Positions 25,469 to 38,590 of a DNA stretch of 64,000 bases are shown piece by piece. Numbering within the stretch: position 1 is the stretch's first letter; the number at the start of each line of letters is the position of its first letter. The position numbers and the translations under genes are program-made. The stretch comes from Chiloscyllium plagiosum. Lineage: Eukaryota. The notes beneath the pieces are model-generated. The model had not been told where the DNA came from and made no database searches. It saw only the letters and a list, made by a program, of their open reading frames with translations. The DNA lies in the NCBI RefSeq assembly GCF_004010195.1, contig NC_057751.1, positions 4,239,137-4,303,136 on the forward strand, read 5' to 3'.

Positions 25469-25644
25469 CCATCTTGCCTGGGCATCATGTCTGAGTGGGT
25501 AGACATTCCAGCCAGGAAACACGTCGAGCCCCGTCTCTTGGCATAGCGCACGCTCACAAAATCCCTGGAGCTGACCAGGTTGCCTGCAGCCTCCGTGGAA
25601 ACCTCGTGAGTCAGCATTGTTTCCTTGTTGATCTTTTTCAGGAT
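25460..25644 (-). CDS. STAR: StAR exon 5: [61 protein letters not shown](R)
   Basis: cccag|ATC...AG|gtaata, 185 nt; RDFVSVR motif and KRRGS PKA site. Confidence 0.98.
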
Positions 25645-25808
25645 CTGGGAAGAAGAAAATAAGATGTTTGAGCTTGCACAGACAGACAGACAGAGAGAGA
25701 GAGAGAGAGAGAGAGAAATTTCTCTGTTTGAGAAATTCTCATCTCTCCAGATCTCTGCCCCTCCCACCTCCTGGGTCCCTTTTAAAGTGACTCCCTACTT
25801 ACTGTATC

Positions 25809-26665
25809 TGTTGGGGACCAGAGCAGACCCCCGGAACTATTTTAAGAAAGTCAAACTCCTCAGCACTAAGCAAAACACAATTTGTTTAAACACTATAGTT
25901 AAAACACAAGCAAAAGAAAGAATAACTCCACTCTATTTTAGATTACTTACAGTGGGGAAACAGGCCCTTCAAGTCCACACTGACCCTCTGAAAAGCAACC
26001 CACCCAGACCCATTCCCGTACATTTACCATGTCACCTAACACTACAGGCAATTTAGCATGGCCAATTCACCTAACCTACACATTTTTGGACTGTGGGAGC
26101 AAACCCGCACGTAGAATGTGCAAACTCCACACAGACAGTCACCTGAGGCAGGAATTGAACCCGGGTCTCTGGCGCTGTGAGGCAGCAGTGCTAACCACCA
26201 TGCCACTGTGCCGCCCATATGGAAAACCTAACAGAATAATAGATACAAGAACTATTACTAACTAACCGTTCCAATACAGTGACATCCCACAAACACATGT
26301 CTTGGCAAAAAAGCATAAACAGAAAAACAGGTTTGTCTCCCAGGTAACCCAACAGCAGAGAGAACCCCTCACTTCTCACTGTAACCGAGAAAAGAAAAAG
26401 ATAACTTCTACTCCTTCCAGCCCACAACAGGCAATGGCTTAAAGCTAAACCTAAAACCTAAACAAAACCCTCCAAATCCTGATCTGTGAGAGCTGGCTAC
26501 ACCCAGCCAGGCTGCTTTTATTGTTCCAACTTTACAAAAACCCCAAGGCCCCACCAGCTGTTTACTCTAGTGATTTTGGTAAACTGCCCAGTACCTCTGC
26601 CTTACAACCTCTCCACACACAAAAAAAAGGTCAAAATAACCTTGTGACCCCACAGCATCGTCACA
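25809..26665. mobile_element. Solo-LTR-like element (TGT...ACA) with a V-SINE inserted at ~25937-26216
   Basis: Termini tgttggggacc...catcgtcaca, near-TSD tatc/catc; similar to 57845-58460. Confidence 0.55.
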
Positions 26666-27828
26666 CATCAAAAACCCTCTCAACTTTGCAAAGGCCCCTC
26701 CTCACTGAACTCCGGTGCCTGAGCACAATTCTCACTTCACTTCAGCCTTGGTTGAAGGTGCCCTCAGTGTGGTGGATATGAATGACCTGACAGTCCATAC
26801 CTCGGCGTTAAGGGTGGGTCAGCACTGGGGAGAATAGCAAAGTGGCATCCCTTGCATGTCAGCATTGATGGGGCATGGCACGAATCAAGACAAAGGTGCC
26901 AGAGTGAAAAACAACAATGAAACAACTTCTTTTTGATGAAAATAAACTGCCCTCTGAGGAGTTGATTCCTTTCAGTTTCCAGTTTATATGAAGATGGACT
27001 TTAATCTTAAGAATTACATTATTTCTTTATTTTTTCTTATTATGTGAAGATAATGCTTAACATTTTAACTTGGTTGTTTTTTATCATTTTGTCCCGAAGT
27101 TTGTACCTAAGCCTGTCCTTATTGTCAGTACACCTGACAATAAAAGATCCAAACCTTAATCCTCCAAGCCCCAATCCTGATTCTGCTCCAACTACAACGC
27201 AGTATTACGACAATCAGTGGTGATGTGAAGGTGGCACCTATCTCCGCTGTGAGCTTCTCACTTGGTCTTGCCTTCTGCAACTCGGTGGGGGGGGGGGGGA
27301 GCTGACTGTGAAACTCCGACAGGAGCAGTCGATGCCTCCAAGACATTGACAAACAGTGAAGCTGACTCAAGGGACAGACCACGACAGCCCCTACACTGTG
27401 CTCAGCCATGGGACCGTGGGCAGGTGGTTTGTTTGTTTTTGTGGCGTCGAGTTAAGGGATCAATGTCAGCCTGGAGACGCTGAGGACTCCCAGCTCTTCT
27501 GACAAATGGCAACCACGCGATGTGTGGGATCCACCCAACCAGTGCAGGGAGTGTGCTGGAAGCCTGGACCTCAGGCTGTGCTGCACTCCCTCAGTCATGC
27601 ACAGGTGTGGCAGCCTGGAGCGATGTGCTCAAAGCCCTGACCCAGATCATTTCCTGAACTTGTATTAAAGTGCTCTGATACTTCAATTTCACAACAAACG
27701 ATCAAGTGGATTTAATGATCACTACCACCATTGCAACCCTGGAGAATAATGACCACTGGAGGTTGGTTTTTGGCCTTGGCACAGTTTGAAAAACCCAGTT
27801 GTGAAGGTTCCCTTGTGAAACACCTTAC

Positions 27829-27987
27829 CTTCACCTGTTTAACGTTTGGGTTCCACTCTCCCATCTGTTCCACCTTGTCAAACAGCTCACTGTACAGCAG
27901 GTCTGACGATTTGTCCATCACAACCTCAAGCTTGAAGACCTTGCCAATATCTGGAAGCGTTTTGCTCTGGACTTTATCACCGTTGGC
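27829..27987 (-). CDS. STAR: StAR exon 4: [53 protein letters not shown]
   Basis: aacag|GCC...AAG|gtaagg, 159 nt; motif 'MGEWNPNVK'. Confidence 0.98.
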
Positions 27988-29342
27988 CTGTTGAGGATTC
28001 ATAGCGCTCGGTTCAGCTCTCAGTCAATGAAACAGGCAAAGGAAGAGGCTGCACTGTCCTAGCCCCCCCCCCCCCATGGAGACTACAACCCAATCTTGGG
28101 ACAGCCCTGCCCCTTCAATGCTCTGTACCTGCCCTGCTTCCATATCCAGGGTGCCTTTCCCTCATCGGGAATGTCTCTCAGTCTGGGGAAAATGACTCAG
28201 ATCTGGTCATCTCAGCTTTTGGAGCCTTTCTGAGTGAGTGATCCAGATCATGGCCAGCTTTTGTATGAGAAAGACGCCCTGTGGCTTAACAACACCACGC
28301 TGGCTCCGCACCTGGTCAGACTCAGGCAGCGAGATGGGTCTCGGGATGTGGGGAGTATCAGATCAGCCATGAGTGGCTCAAGGGGCCGAATGGCCTCCTC
28401 CTGCTCCTATCTCCGATGATCTCACGTATCTACAATCCTGCTCTGAGATTCGGGAGAGGGGGCAGTCATGAGACAGTTGTGTGGCAGGTTTGTTTTGCGT
28501 CATGACTTTTATCCTCTTTGGAAACTGTGCAGATGTGTGTGTGTGTGTATTTGTTGGACCCACAGCCAGTCTGAGTCAGGCTCCTGAGCCACAGGGTTTC
28601 CCTTAGTGATTGTGAAGCCAGTGCAACTCTGTCCCGAATTCTGGCACATTAGCCAAAACCCAGGAGCACTCCTAGTCTGAGCCAGAGGTTCTGCTCCTTC
28701 AGCACCTCGGTTTATCAACACTCTCTCGGCATCCCATGGATCTCCTCTCAGCCTGAGCATAGTCCCTGTCACAGCACTTGGGAGTGAAGGAATGGCCCAA
28801 GCTCTGCCTCCTGGTTATTGCAAATGGACATGGACCCCAGGGTGAGGCCCTTCATTCAGGGGAAGGATTGAATGAGTCAGTTTTCCCCAAGAGAGGAGAA
28901 GGCCTGGGGAGACGTGATGGATATCTCCAAATCCTGAAGGGCCTGGATGGAGAGAGGACCCGTTCCCACTGGGGAAGCAGAGGGCACTGTTTTCGAGGGT
29001 GAACCCTAGAAGCACAGCATTTCACACAGCGAATGCCTCTGTCCTGTCTGGGAGGGTGGCCAAGGTAGGGTCAACAGAAAGACTCACTAGCACATTGGAT
29101 GTCAATGGAAACGACAGGCAGGATTACTAGGAAAAGGCAGGAGCTTGGCACTGTATTGGAATGCAGAGAGGGCCGATGGGCTGAATGGCCTCCTTCTGTC
29201 ATTCTACAAAGGACCTTGTTTTGTGCTGACTCCCCATACTTTAGCAATTTTACTGAGCTACATGAACGAGCTGATCACCAGGACTGTGTCCTTCTGTTAA
29301 AGGAAAGCTTTCGCTGAACAGAAGTAAGAGACCAGAACTCAC

Positions 29343-29470
29343 CACTTCGATTTCAGACTTCCATCCACTTGTGTCCTGCAGAATGGAGATAGATTTGTGC
29401 AGAGCTTCTTCACCCTGTTTAATGTAAGCCATCTCTGCCTCAGAATACGGCTTCTCTTCAAAACAGCAAG
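29343..29470 (-). CDS. STAR: StAR exon 3: (S)CCFEEKPYSEAEMAYIKQGEEALHKSISILQDTSGWKSEIEV
   Basis: attag|CT...GTG|gtgagt, 128 nt; start of the START domain 'YxxQGEEA...GW'. Confidence 0.97.
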
Positions 29471-31194
29471 CTAATTTCAGGGGATGGGGGAGGCAGACAC
29501 AGAAAGCACACCAAAGTGAATCAAAGCAGATGGTCATGCTTAGTTTTGGAAATCCTTATGTGTTTAGTGTTGCAAAGACCTCGAGTCTTGTTCTGATCCC
29601 ATCCGATGTGCAGCTCAGATCTCCCAGAACGAAACCTGGCTTGATAGATCATCTTTTTTTCCTTCTTACTCATTTCATTAATCAATCACTGAGATATATT
29701 CACGCAAGGTGACAGATTTGCTTTTGCAACAGAAGGGATGTTGAAATAAATGGGAAATATGACCCAAGCTATCTAAATATGGAAGGTAGCTGTCATGGTC
29801 TTTAAATGCTCAGCAAAGCAGAGTTCCAACCTGTTTCCCAACACTATCTGTTGCTGACGTTCAAGACCAGGGAAATGATAGCCCTGTCTCAACTCTTTGG
29901 GCTCCAATTCAGAAATTACCAACAGTTTCTTTGCTATGGACTGCAGGGAACAATTTCACACAAACTTTTCAAGTCGGCTGACATGAAATTTTTGTCACCA
30001 CTCTGAGAGCCTAAGCTTTCTCAGTTCTCAAAAGTTACAGATTTCCAACCAAACCTTCCTGATTTGTAACTTACACAAACCCAACACCCCTCTGCTGAGG
30101 TACTGTATCCCCTGAACTGTTCCAGAGTCATTCTGAGAGAGAAATTAATCTTCCTTCTCAACTCAACTCAGGTGCCTTGTCAACTGAAATGTTAAAATAA
30201 ACTTGCTCATCCTTGGTTCTTCTGAAAACTGAAAACAAAGCGAATGTTTATTCCAGTGGTCAACCCGATAAACATCTTTCCATTAACGCCGCAGGGCTCT
30301 GCAATCACCTGCTTTTGGAAAAATGCAGGCTTTCGGTCATCACTGTGAAATGATTCTGAGCTGCTTTCCTTAGGAGACCCTTCACAGAAATAACCAACTT
30401 CCAAAAAAATGATATTAAGATATAACTTATGCACCATTCATCACAGTACATTTGTAAATATCATTTGCATTGTCTATAAATGCAACATCAGTTGGCGCCA
30501 AGTCTCCCCTGTATCTGGCATTGCCCACAGCTAGCATTGGTATCAGACCTGAGGTTCTGTTGCCCTGTTGGGGCAATAATGTGGGAAATTCTCTTCCCCC
30601 TCCTCTGTACTGTGCCACCAATTCATTTCCTAATGCTGGTGAGGACCTGCAGTTGCAAAGGCTTTCCAGTTGATTGCCCTTCCTCATGGGGTTTTCACAC
30701 TGAGCCTATAGTGGAGTGACTGGGGATGAGAGTGACGGTCTATTTGGAGAGTCCGTCAGGAGGTACCCAGTGCTGCCCCTGCCTTTCTCTTCCCCCATTA
30801 CCCTGCAATTCCTCATCCAATCACCCTCTGAAAATTGCTTCACAGTTTCTCACTCAGACTGCTCGCTTACTACTCAAGCCCGTGGGCTAAGTTATTGTCA
30901 GGCAGTTCTCCCAATGATTGTCAGCAAATGTGTCATACTGTAACAGGCCATTCGTTCCATCTGTTGACTCTCCTGTCTCCTCTTCATCTCTCCCTGCCAG
31001 CACACCCTTCTATTGCTTTCTCTCAGAACTGCCTTGTGATATTTCTCCAGTGACCCACCCCTTTGGCTTCTCATCTGCCTGAGCCTTTCCTCATCGCAGT
31101 CACTTCTCCATCCTGTTGTCAGTCGCATGTCAATGTCCATTGCACCTTCTGACATCCTGTGAGCTACTTGTTGTTTTAGAGACTTTTGGTTACA

Positions 31195-31915
31195 GAGTCA
31201 TAGAGATGAAACAGACCCTTCGGTCCAACTCTTCCATACCGACCAGATACCCCAATCTAATCTAGTCCCGTTTGCCAGCACCCAGCCCATATCCCTCCAA
31301 ACCCTTCCTATTCATATACCCATCCAAATGCCTCTTAAATGTTGCAATTGTACCAGCCTCCACCACATCCTCTGGCAGCTCATTCCATACACGTACCACC
31401 CTCTGAGTGAAAAAGTTGCCCCTTAGGTCTCTTTTATATCTTTCCCCTCTCACCCTAAACCTATGCCCTCTAGTTCTGGACTCCCAGATCCCAGGGAAAA
31501 GACTTTGTCTATTTATCCTATCCATGCCCCTCATGATTTAATAAACCTCTATAAGGTCACCCCTCAGCCTCCGACACTCCAGGAAAAACAGCCCCAGCCT
31601 GTTCAGCCTCTCCCTGTAGCTCAACTCCTCCAGCCCTGGCAACATCCTTGTAAATCTTTTCTGAACCCTTTCAAGTTTCACAACATCTTTCCGATAGGGA
31701 GGAGACCAGAATTGCACACAATATCCCAACAGTGGCCTAACCAATGTCCTGTACATCCGCAACATGACCTCCCAACTCCTGTATTCAAAACTCTGACCAA
31801 TAAAGGAAAGCATACCAAACGCCTTCTTCACTATCCTATCGACCTGTGACCCCACTTTCAAGGAGCTATGAACCTGAACTCCAAGGTCTCTGTTCAGCAA
31901 CACTCCCATTAAGTG
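31195..31915 (-). mobile_element. Relatively young CR1 3' fragment in StAR intron 2
   Basis: ORFs 31538-31942 and 31262-31534 give a nearly clean CR1 ORF2 C-terminus. Confidence 0.92.
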
Positions 31916-32521
31916 TAAAGTGTAGTCAGGCAAACAATCCATCCATATTTCCCTTCACTTTGCTGACTTTCAGCTCTCTCGCTGTGCACGCTCAGATCAG
32001 AGCTGCTGTTTTCTTTTGCAAACGTGTATTGGTGCTTTCATGATTTGTGTATGAGCCCTCCCCCCTCCCTTTGCTGCTCTCGCTTTTTATTTTCATTGTC
32101 TGAAGAGGACATGGTCCCCTTATCACTCTGAACAAAATGCACCACCCCACTCACCATCCTGAATTGGAAATCTCTCGCCAATCTTTCACTGTAGCTGGGT
32201 CAAACTCCTGGAATTCCCTCCCTCAGGGCATTGTGGGTCTACCTGAAGCGCACAGAGTACAGCGGTTCTAGGAGGCAGCTCACTCTCACCTTCTCAAAAG
32301 GGTAATAGGGATGGGCAATAGATGCTGGGCCCAACCAGTGATCGAAGAGTTAATCGGAAAAAAAACTATGCTGCTTATAAAGTGAATATTCCGCAAAGTG
32401 TGTGAATGTGCAGTTTTTCACAGCTTTATCAATTTGCTCTGAGTTGAACGTTTAAGATGAACGCACAAGGTGAAATCACAGTTAAAACGTCAAATGTAAA
32501 AGATTGAACAGTGGTACTCAC

Positions 32522-32635
32522 AGATGAGGGAGCTCCTCCTCTGAACCTGGCGAACCCATGAACTGGCTCCTTGATTCTGAACGCTGAGTTGATGGAGTGT
32601 ATGTCCGAGAGCTGCCACAGCAGTGTGCCTCAAAC
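32522..32635 (-). CDS. STAR: StAR exon 2: (G)LRHTAVAALGHTLHQLSVQNQGASSWVRQVQRRSSLI
   Basis: tttag|GT...T|gtgagt, 114 nt, phase 1-1; contains the RRSS PKA motif. Confidence 0.95.
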
Positions 32636-33900
32636 CTAAAGGGCCAAAACATCGAGTGGCTCTGACTTTAAGCTCAGACTCTCCCACACCCAAGATTCAG
32701 CAAGGTCGACGACAGCTTACACTGTCACAGGCCGGACATAGTGACTGAGTGCCAGCCCTGCGATAGCTTCCTCCAGCCACTGGGATTGGGCCCTGTTGAA
32801 ACAGGGACCATTGGAAGCACAGTCCAGAGAACAGAGCACTGGCAACACAAACACCTCTCCACATCCCATCTGAATGTGTCTGTTTGTGAGTCAGAAAGCT
32901 GTGGTTTTATGCTAGACCCTTCCTTCCTTGAGGATATTACGGGACAGTGTTATTCCAGCTTAAATTAATCCTGTTGGGATCCAATAAAGTGAACTGTATT
33001 TGAACCTGACAGTGGGAATGTGAGCTACAGGATCAGTCATGATCATATCGAATGGTAGCATGGGCTGGAAGGGCCAAATGGCCTACTCTTGCTCATCCTT
33101 TGTGTGTTTCTACTCCTCACGTCTCTTCACCATGCTACCAGATTGAGGCTGACCTTTGATCCTAACTGAGCAAATGTGTTCCTGTCATCGTAAAATTTCC
33201 AATTGACTCCCTGCACCCACCGGGGTTTCTCTCGGGGCAGGATGCAGAGGCTGGGAGATGTCCCTGTCCCATGGGTGTTGGAGAGACCATAGCTTTCATT
33301 TCAGAGAGACCGAACTCAATAGGGACCACGTGTACTGAATCCCTTCAACAGAATTTGGGACAGTTTTCCAATTGGAAGATGCTGTCCCCCACCAGTCTGC
33401 ATACAGAGAAAACCATTGACCAGGCCACTTGGATATTCTCAGGTAACCATCTGGTCAGGGTCAGAGGTGCCAGGTGTGGGAGATTCTCACCAACATGAGC
33501 TGATGGCATTTAATGGCACATATACAGCCCTTGCAATAGGACTGCAATTAATTGGCACAACACTTATGCACTTCAATGACATGTTCGGACACTATTGGCA
33601 GCAGTTATCAAATTAATTTGGCAGCTACAGCTCCTTTTGCAGGGAAAGCCAAGTGAGAGTCCTTCGTCTGATTAATTACAATGAATGTACAGTACTTTTA
33701 AAAGCCTAAAATAATTATTCACAGTGTCAAAATCCCCTGGGCTCCTGAAGCATTGCAAAAAAAGCCAACTCCCAAATCTACGGCTGGTCCCTCAGCTCCT
33801 TTGAAAATCTGTGCTTGCTTCTACATGTGTGCAGTGTCACAGATCCAAGATTGAAAGTGTTGCCACTGGAGGGTCAGGGACAGTGAATTTTCCCACGTAC

Positions 33901-33964
33901 CTGTCAGAGTGCGGACGTGCTGGTAAGAGATGGCTGCGCAGAGCTTGAAGGTGGCTGGGATCAT
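33901..33964 (-). CDS. STAR: StAR exon 1 coding part (mitochondrial presequence): MIPATFKLCAAISYQHVRTLT(G)
   Basis: ATG at 33964, 64 nt, donor G|gtacgt; matches the StAR N-terminus 'MLxATFKLCAG(I)SY'. Confidence 0.96.
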
Positions 33965-34022
33965 CGTGGACCTCGTTCACTTTGTCACTGCGGTCTTCTG
34001 ATATTCTCTGTCAGTTGTCTCC

Positions 34023-34029
34023 TTTTATA
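34023..34029 (-). promoter_or_regulatory. STAR: StAR TATA box (TATAAAA)
   Basis: gTATAAAAgg on the minus strand ~60 nt upstream of the ATG. Confidence 0.75.
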
Positions 34030-34354
34030 CACCCACTGTGGAGGATATGCTGTGGTGCCAGACCCTGACTTTATGGGTGGCACCAGAACAATGTCAAGTA
34101 CACTCCTGACGGCAATGCGATAAAGACAGGAACATTCATCAAATTAACTGGTGCAATACATCAAGCTGTCACAAAGGGTTAAGGTGCATCCTGACAGTGT
34201 ACATCCCAGTATTTCTTTCTGAAGGTCCAGCATTAATGAGGAATCGGCTTTTCCTTCTTATTTTCTGACAAATGTTACATGTGATCAGAAAATGTGCGAC
34301 ACTGTGAGACATTTACAGCACTGTCATTCACTCACTCACTCACTCACTCACTCA

Positions 34355-34690
34355 CAGGGAGTCACTGATTAAGCCAGTATTTACTGCCCATCCCCTAATT
34401 GCCCAGAGGGCAGTTAAGAGACAACTACGTTGCTGTGGGTCTGGAGTCACATGTAGGCCAGACCAGGTAAGGATGGCAGTTTCCTTCCCGAGAGGACATC
34501 AGTGATCCAGATGGGGTTTTCTACCAATTGACAATGGATTCCTGGTCATCATTCGACTGTTGATTCTAGATGTTTTTTGAATTCAAATTCCAAGATCTGC
34601 CATAGCAGGATTCAAACTCAGGAACCCACAATATTACTTGGGTCTCTGGATTAACAGTCCAGTGGGAATAGCATAAAGCCATTGCCTCCC
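34355..34690 (-). mobile_element. DeuSINE/SacSINE1-like element (related pieces at ~14600-14930, 32180-32345, 52670-53000, 60300-60500, 63355-63830)
   Basis: Recurrent 'gcccatccctaattgccc...ggagtcacatgtaggccagaccaggtaagg' block; family name recalled, not searched. Confidence 0.55.
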
Positions 34691-36397
34691 CATTAGAGGG
34701 AAGGTGCCTCCTGTTATCCCAGATAAACACAGTGGCTGTATCTTATGGGTGTTTTTGGCTGAATGGGGGTTGTTTTGGGTTTTTTGGAAGCATTACCAAA
34801 TGTGTCTCATAAACTACCAACCTACAGCATCCCTCTTGTCTAATCCTGCCCCTAACACTATTCCCAGAACAACCCATCACTGTTCAGATAACCACAAGAG
34901 CATAAGACATAGGAGTGGAATTGAGGCCATTCAGCCCATTGAGTCTGCTCTGTCATTCAATCATGGCTGATAAGTTTCTCAACCCCATTCTCCTACTTTC
35001 TCCCCATAATCTTTGATCCCTTTGATACTCAAGAACCTATCTATCTCCGTCTGAAGTATAGTCAATGAACTGGCCTGCTGTGTCTGATAATGAGATAACT
35101 TCCTGCTTCCTTGCTGCAGTGTTTTGCTGGGGCTGCTTGGTTGGCAGATTGTGAGCAAGGATGCCTGTCAGCTCAGGTGTAAATATTGCCTGTGCAGAGT
35201 TGACCTGAGTTGTATGCTGGCACATTGACCCAGTGGTTAGCACAGTCGCCAGGGACCCAGGTTTGATTCCACTGTGGGGCCACTGTCTGTGTGGAGTTTG
35301 CACAGTCTCCCTGTGTCTGTGGGGGTTAAGGTGGATTGGCCATGCTAAACTGCCCCACAGTGTCCAGGGCTGTGCCGGCTGGGTGGGTTAGCCACGGGAA
35401 ATGTGGGGTTGTGCCACATTTCCCATGGCTAATTGAAAGGACAGTGTGGATCATTGCCTCCCTCCACACATTCAGCTGTTCAGCTGTTGACATGCCGCAC
35501 TCCCCAGGCGAAGCCAACGAGTCTGAAGAACTCTGTGTGGATTTCAGCCAACTGAAAGTGACAGCTCCTTTCACACCTCAGGGACCGTACACAAGTCTTG
35601 CATCACTTGTCATTTCTGCTATCACTTTGGGTCAGTCTGGAGCCATTCCAATGAGTGATGGATGATCATACACCAGGGATAGCCTTGACTTATTCCGGCT
35701 ATACACACTCAGTTCACACCCTGGCCTTCAGATAAGGATCTTTTCAATAACCGCATGTATTTTGAACAAACATTTCCAAATCCAGTGCTGATGCATTGTG
35801 TTCTTGAGGCTTTTTAGTCCAAATTCCAGAAATACAAGAGATTGAAGTCATGCAAGACACGTTCAAAATGAACTTAGGGGAATGACAACAACAGAGGAGC
35901 AAGGTGTTTCAGGTGTGACTGTGGCATGGTTAGCTGTCGATAATGGTGTGGTTAAACTCTGGTTACTAGCCATCACCTGGACAATCCCCCTTTCAGTGAC
36001 AGCTCTGGGGGGTGGGGGGGTGGGGGGGCAACATCCTGCAATAGGCTTCCCAAAGCTCCATCCACCACGTGGACTGTACTGTACTCTCTGCCTCAGTCAG
36101 GCAGAGACAATCCTCTCCCACAGCTGGAGAAGGAAACGCAAATCCAGAAGGACCCCAGACAAACTTAAAAGAAGCTGAACTACCAAACCAAGTCTCAAGC
36201 AAAGCAAATGGTACCTCCTGAGCAAGATCATCCAAGTGTTCAGGATGTTAACAGGAAACCACAGGAAGGGAGGGAGAGGTTTCAAACTCTTTTCTACAAA
36301 AGCAACAGTGGATGCAGGATCTGATGTTCCTTTTAAATCTGAAGGATTTTCTGAAGTAAGGGTCTGAAGGGATATGAATCAAAGGCAGGTGTGTAGA

Positions 36398-36733
36398 CAG
36401 CACGGTGGCTCAGGGGTTAGCACTGATGCCTCACAGCGCCAGAGACCCGGGTTCAATGTCTGTGTGGAGTTTGCACACTCTCCCCGTGTCTGAGTGGGTT
36501 TCCCCCGGGTGCTCCGGTTTCCTCCCACAGTCCAAAGGTGTGCAGGTTAAGGTGGATGGGCCATTCTAAACTTCCCACAGTTCAGGGATGTGTAGGTTAA
36601 GTGGGTCAGCCAGGGGAAATGCAGGATTACAGAGATAGATTAGGGATTAGGGCTAGGTGGGATGTTCTTCAGAGGGTTGGTGTGGACACAATGGGCCGAA
36701 TGGCTTGTTTCCACACTGTAGCAATTCTATGAT
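36398..36733 (+). mobile_element. V-SINE (older copy also at ~35215-35410)
   Basis: tRNA-like head, V-domain and tail. Confidence 0.85.
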
Positions 36734-37220
36734 GTAAATATGGAGTTGAGCCACATTAGGCATGATCTCCTTGAATGGGGGGATCGGCTGGAGGGGCTGA
36801 ACGGCCGACTCCTATGTTATTGGTGTCAAAAAGACATGTTCTGCCCTGTGGGGCCAAAGGTTGTGAAACGTTCAGTGTGTCCAGCAAGACTTTCACTTCT
36901 GACTCAGATTACACCGTCAACCGTTCCTCGTAATGAGATGGGGAAACATCTGGTGTCTTGGGCAGAAACCTTTGTTGACACAATCAGGGATCATTTCCTG
37001 AGACAGTATGTTGGTGAGTTTGCCGGGGCTATGGGATTTTAAAAGATCTCCTCATTCTCTGTAAGCATTCCTACTGGGTGAGTATCTATCCAGCTGTGAT
37101 CATCAGCCTCTCCCATGTAGCTTGAAGGACTGGCCAATGTACTGAGGAGACAATGACCTGTCATAAACAAAAAGGTCCCCAAGGAAAGCAGTGTCCAACA
37201 GAAAGTGGCCATGTGTTTTA

Positions 37221-37466
37221 TGGTCATTCCAGGAAAGATACAGGTCAGAACAAAGCAATATCGGCTGACCAGAAATGTGAAGAGGGAAACGTGATTACCA
37301 AATTTTTAAAAACACACATTCCGTTAATGCTCTGCGGGGGGGTGGTCATTCCAGGAAAGATACAGGTCAGAACAAAGCAATATCGGCTGGCCAGAAATGT
37401 GCAGAGGGAAACGTGATTACCAAATTTTTAAAAACACACATTCCGTTAATGCTCTGCGGGGGGGTG
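37221..37466. repeat. Tandem duplication, 2 x 122 bp, nearly identical
   Basis: tggtcattccaggaaagatacagg...gctctgcggggggg occurs at 37221 and 37343 with ~2 mismatches. Confidence 0.95.
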
Positions 37467-37799
37467 TAACTCATGGGCAAACAGGGATTAAAGGGGTCAT
37501 CAGCAAGTTTTTAACCTGGATTTCCAGAATAGTGGTACAATGATCTCCTAATGCTATACAATCAATCAACCAATCAGAGAAAGGAATTCTCCCAGACAGC
37601 AGACCAGGAAGTAAGAGGCACTGAAATTCCATCACTTTTGAAATGAGGTCTCTCAGAGAGCAAAATAAACCTTTGGGACCCAGCCACGAGTTAAAAATAC
37701 ATAATCGCAAAGAAGTCTACTTTAAAATATGAAAAGTGAGGGGAGGGCTTTGTCACCATATATCTAAGATGAGATGCTCAGTTATGATTCTGATTTGGT

Positions 37800-38590
37800 G
37801 GCAACCAGCTCACTCCCATCTGACTGACCAATTCCCTGCGCAGACTGTCAAAGTCAGTCAGCAGAATGCTTCATCGCCAGAACTTTCCAACAAACACTTG
37901 GCTGGTGGGGAGAAGGGCAGGGCCTGTGAGATGCTTCACGTACACCCGGTCAGTCTGCACCACTCTACTGCCCTCAAAGCAGTGGCTGGGTGAGGGGAGA
38001 GGGAGATGGTCACACATCTCCTTCCTGGAATGTACATTTGCAAAGCAAGTCTGGAGGGAGATGCGATGGCTTTTATCGAGATTCAACCCGAGGACCTCCG
38101 TGACACAGGATTCTGTGCTCCCCGGTCTGTTCCTTAGGATTCCACACCCAGACAAGCATTGACTGCTCCTGGAGGACTCGGTGAAAGATTCTCATTGGTC
38201 TGTCTGAGACTTGTTGGTCTTCCAGAGCCAGGAGATGACCCTGACTGAGTATTACAGACCGAGACATCCCAAAGTCCAGGACTACGTACAGAGGGACTCA
38301 CTCAGGCTTGGAGCAGATGCTGTCAAGGTGCAGTGGGGGGCGACCACTGTCTGAGGCCTTTCTGCTGAAGGGAAATAGGAGTCCATTCAGACCCTCAAAT
38401 ATTTGTAAGTATGGCTGTGTAGAAGTAAGAACTGCCTTGAGTTTGTTGTTGGACAGAGTCAAATTCCAACATTTGTTTATTCCTTCATGTACCACTGTCC
38501 AGAACTGAACTGCATTGGTGACGATGTATATATACATATATATATACGTAAAGATTTTTTTATGATTAAAGTATATTTTTAAACAAAACA
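37800..38590 (+). mobile_element. Tx1/L1-clade LINE 3' remnant
   Basis: 'HISFLECTFAKQVWREMRWLLSRF...SVTQDSVL.GLF' (C-terminal zinc-knuckle region) ending in an A-rich tail. Confidence 0.65.
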
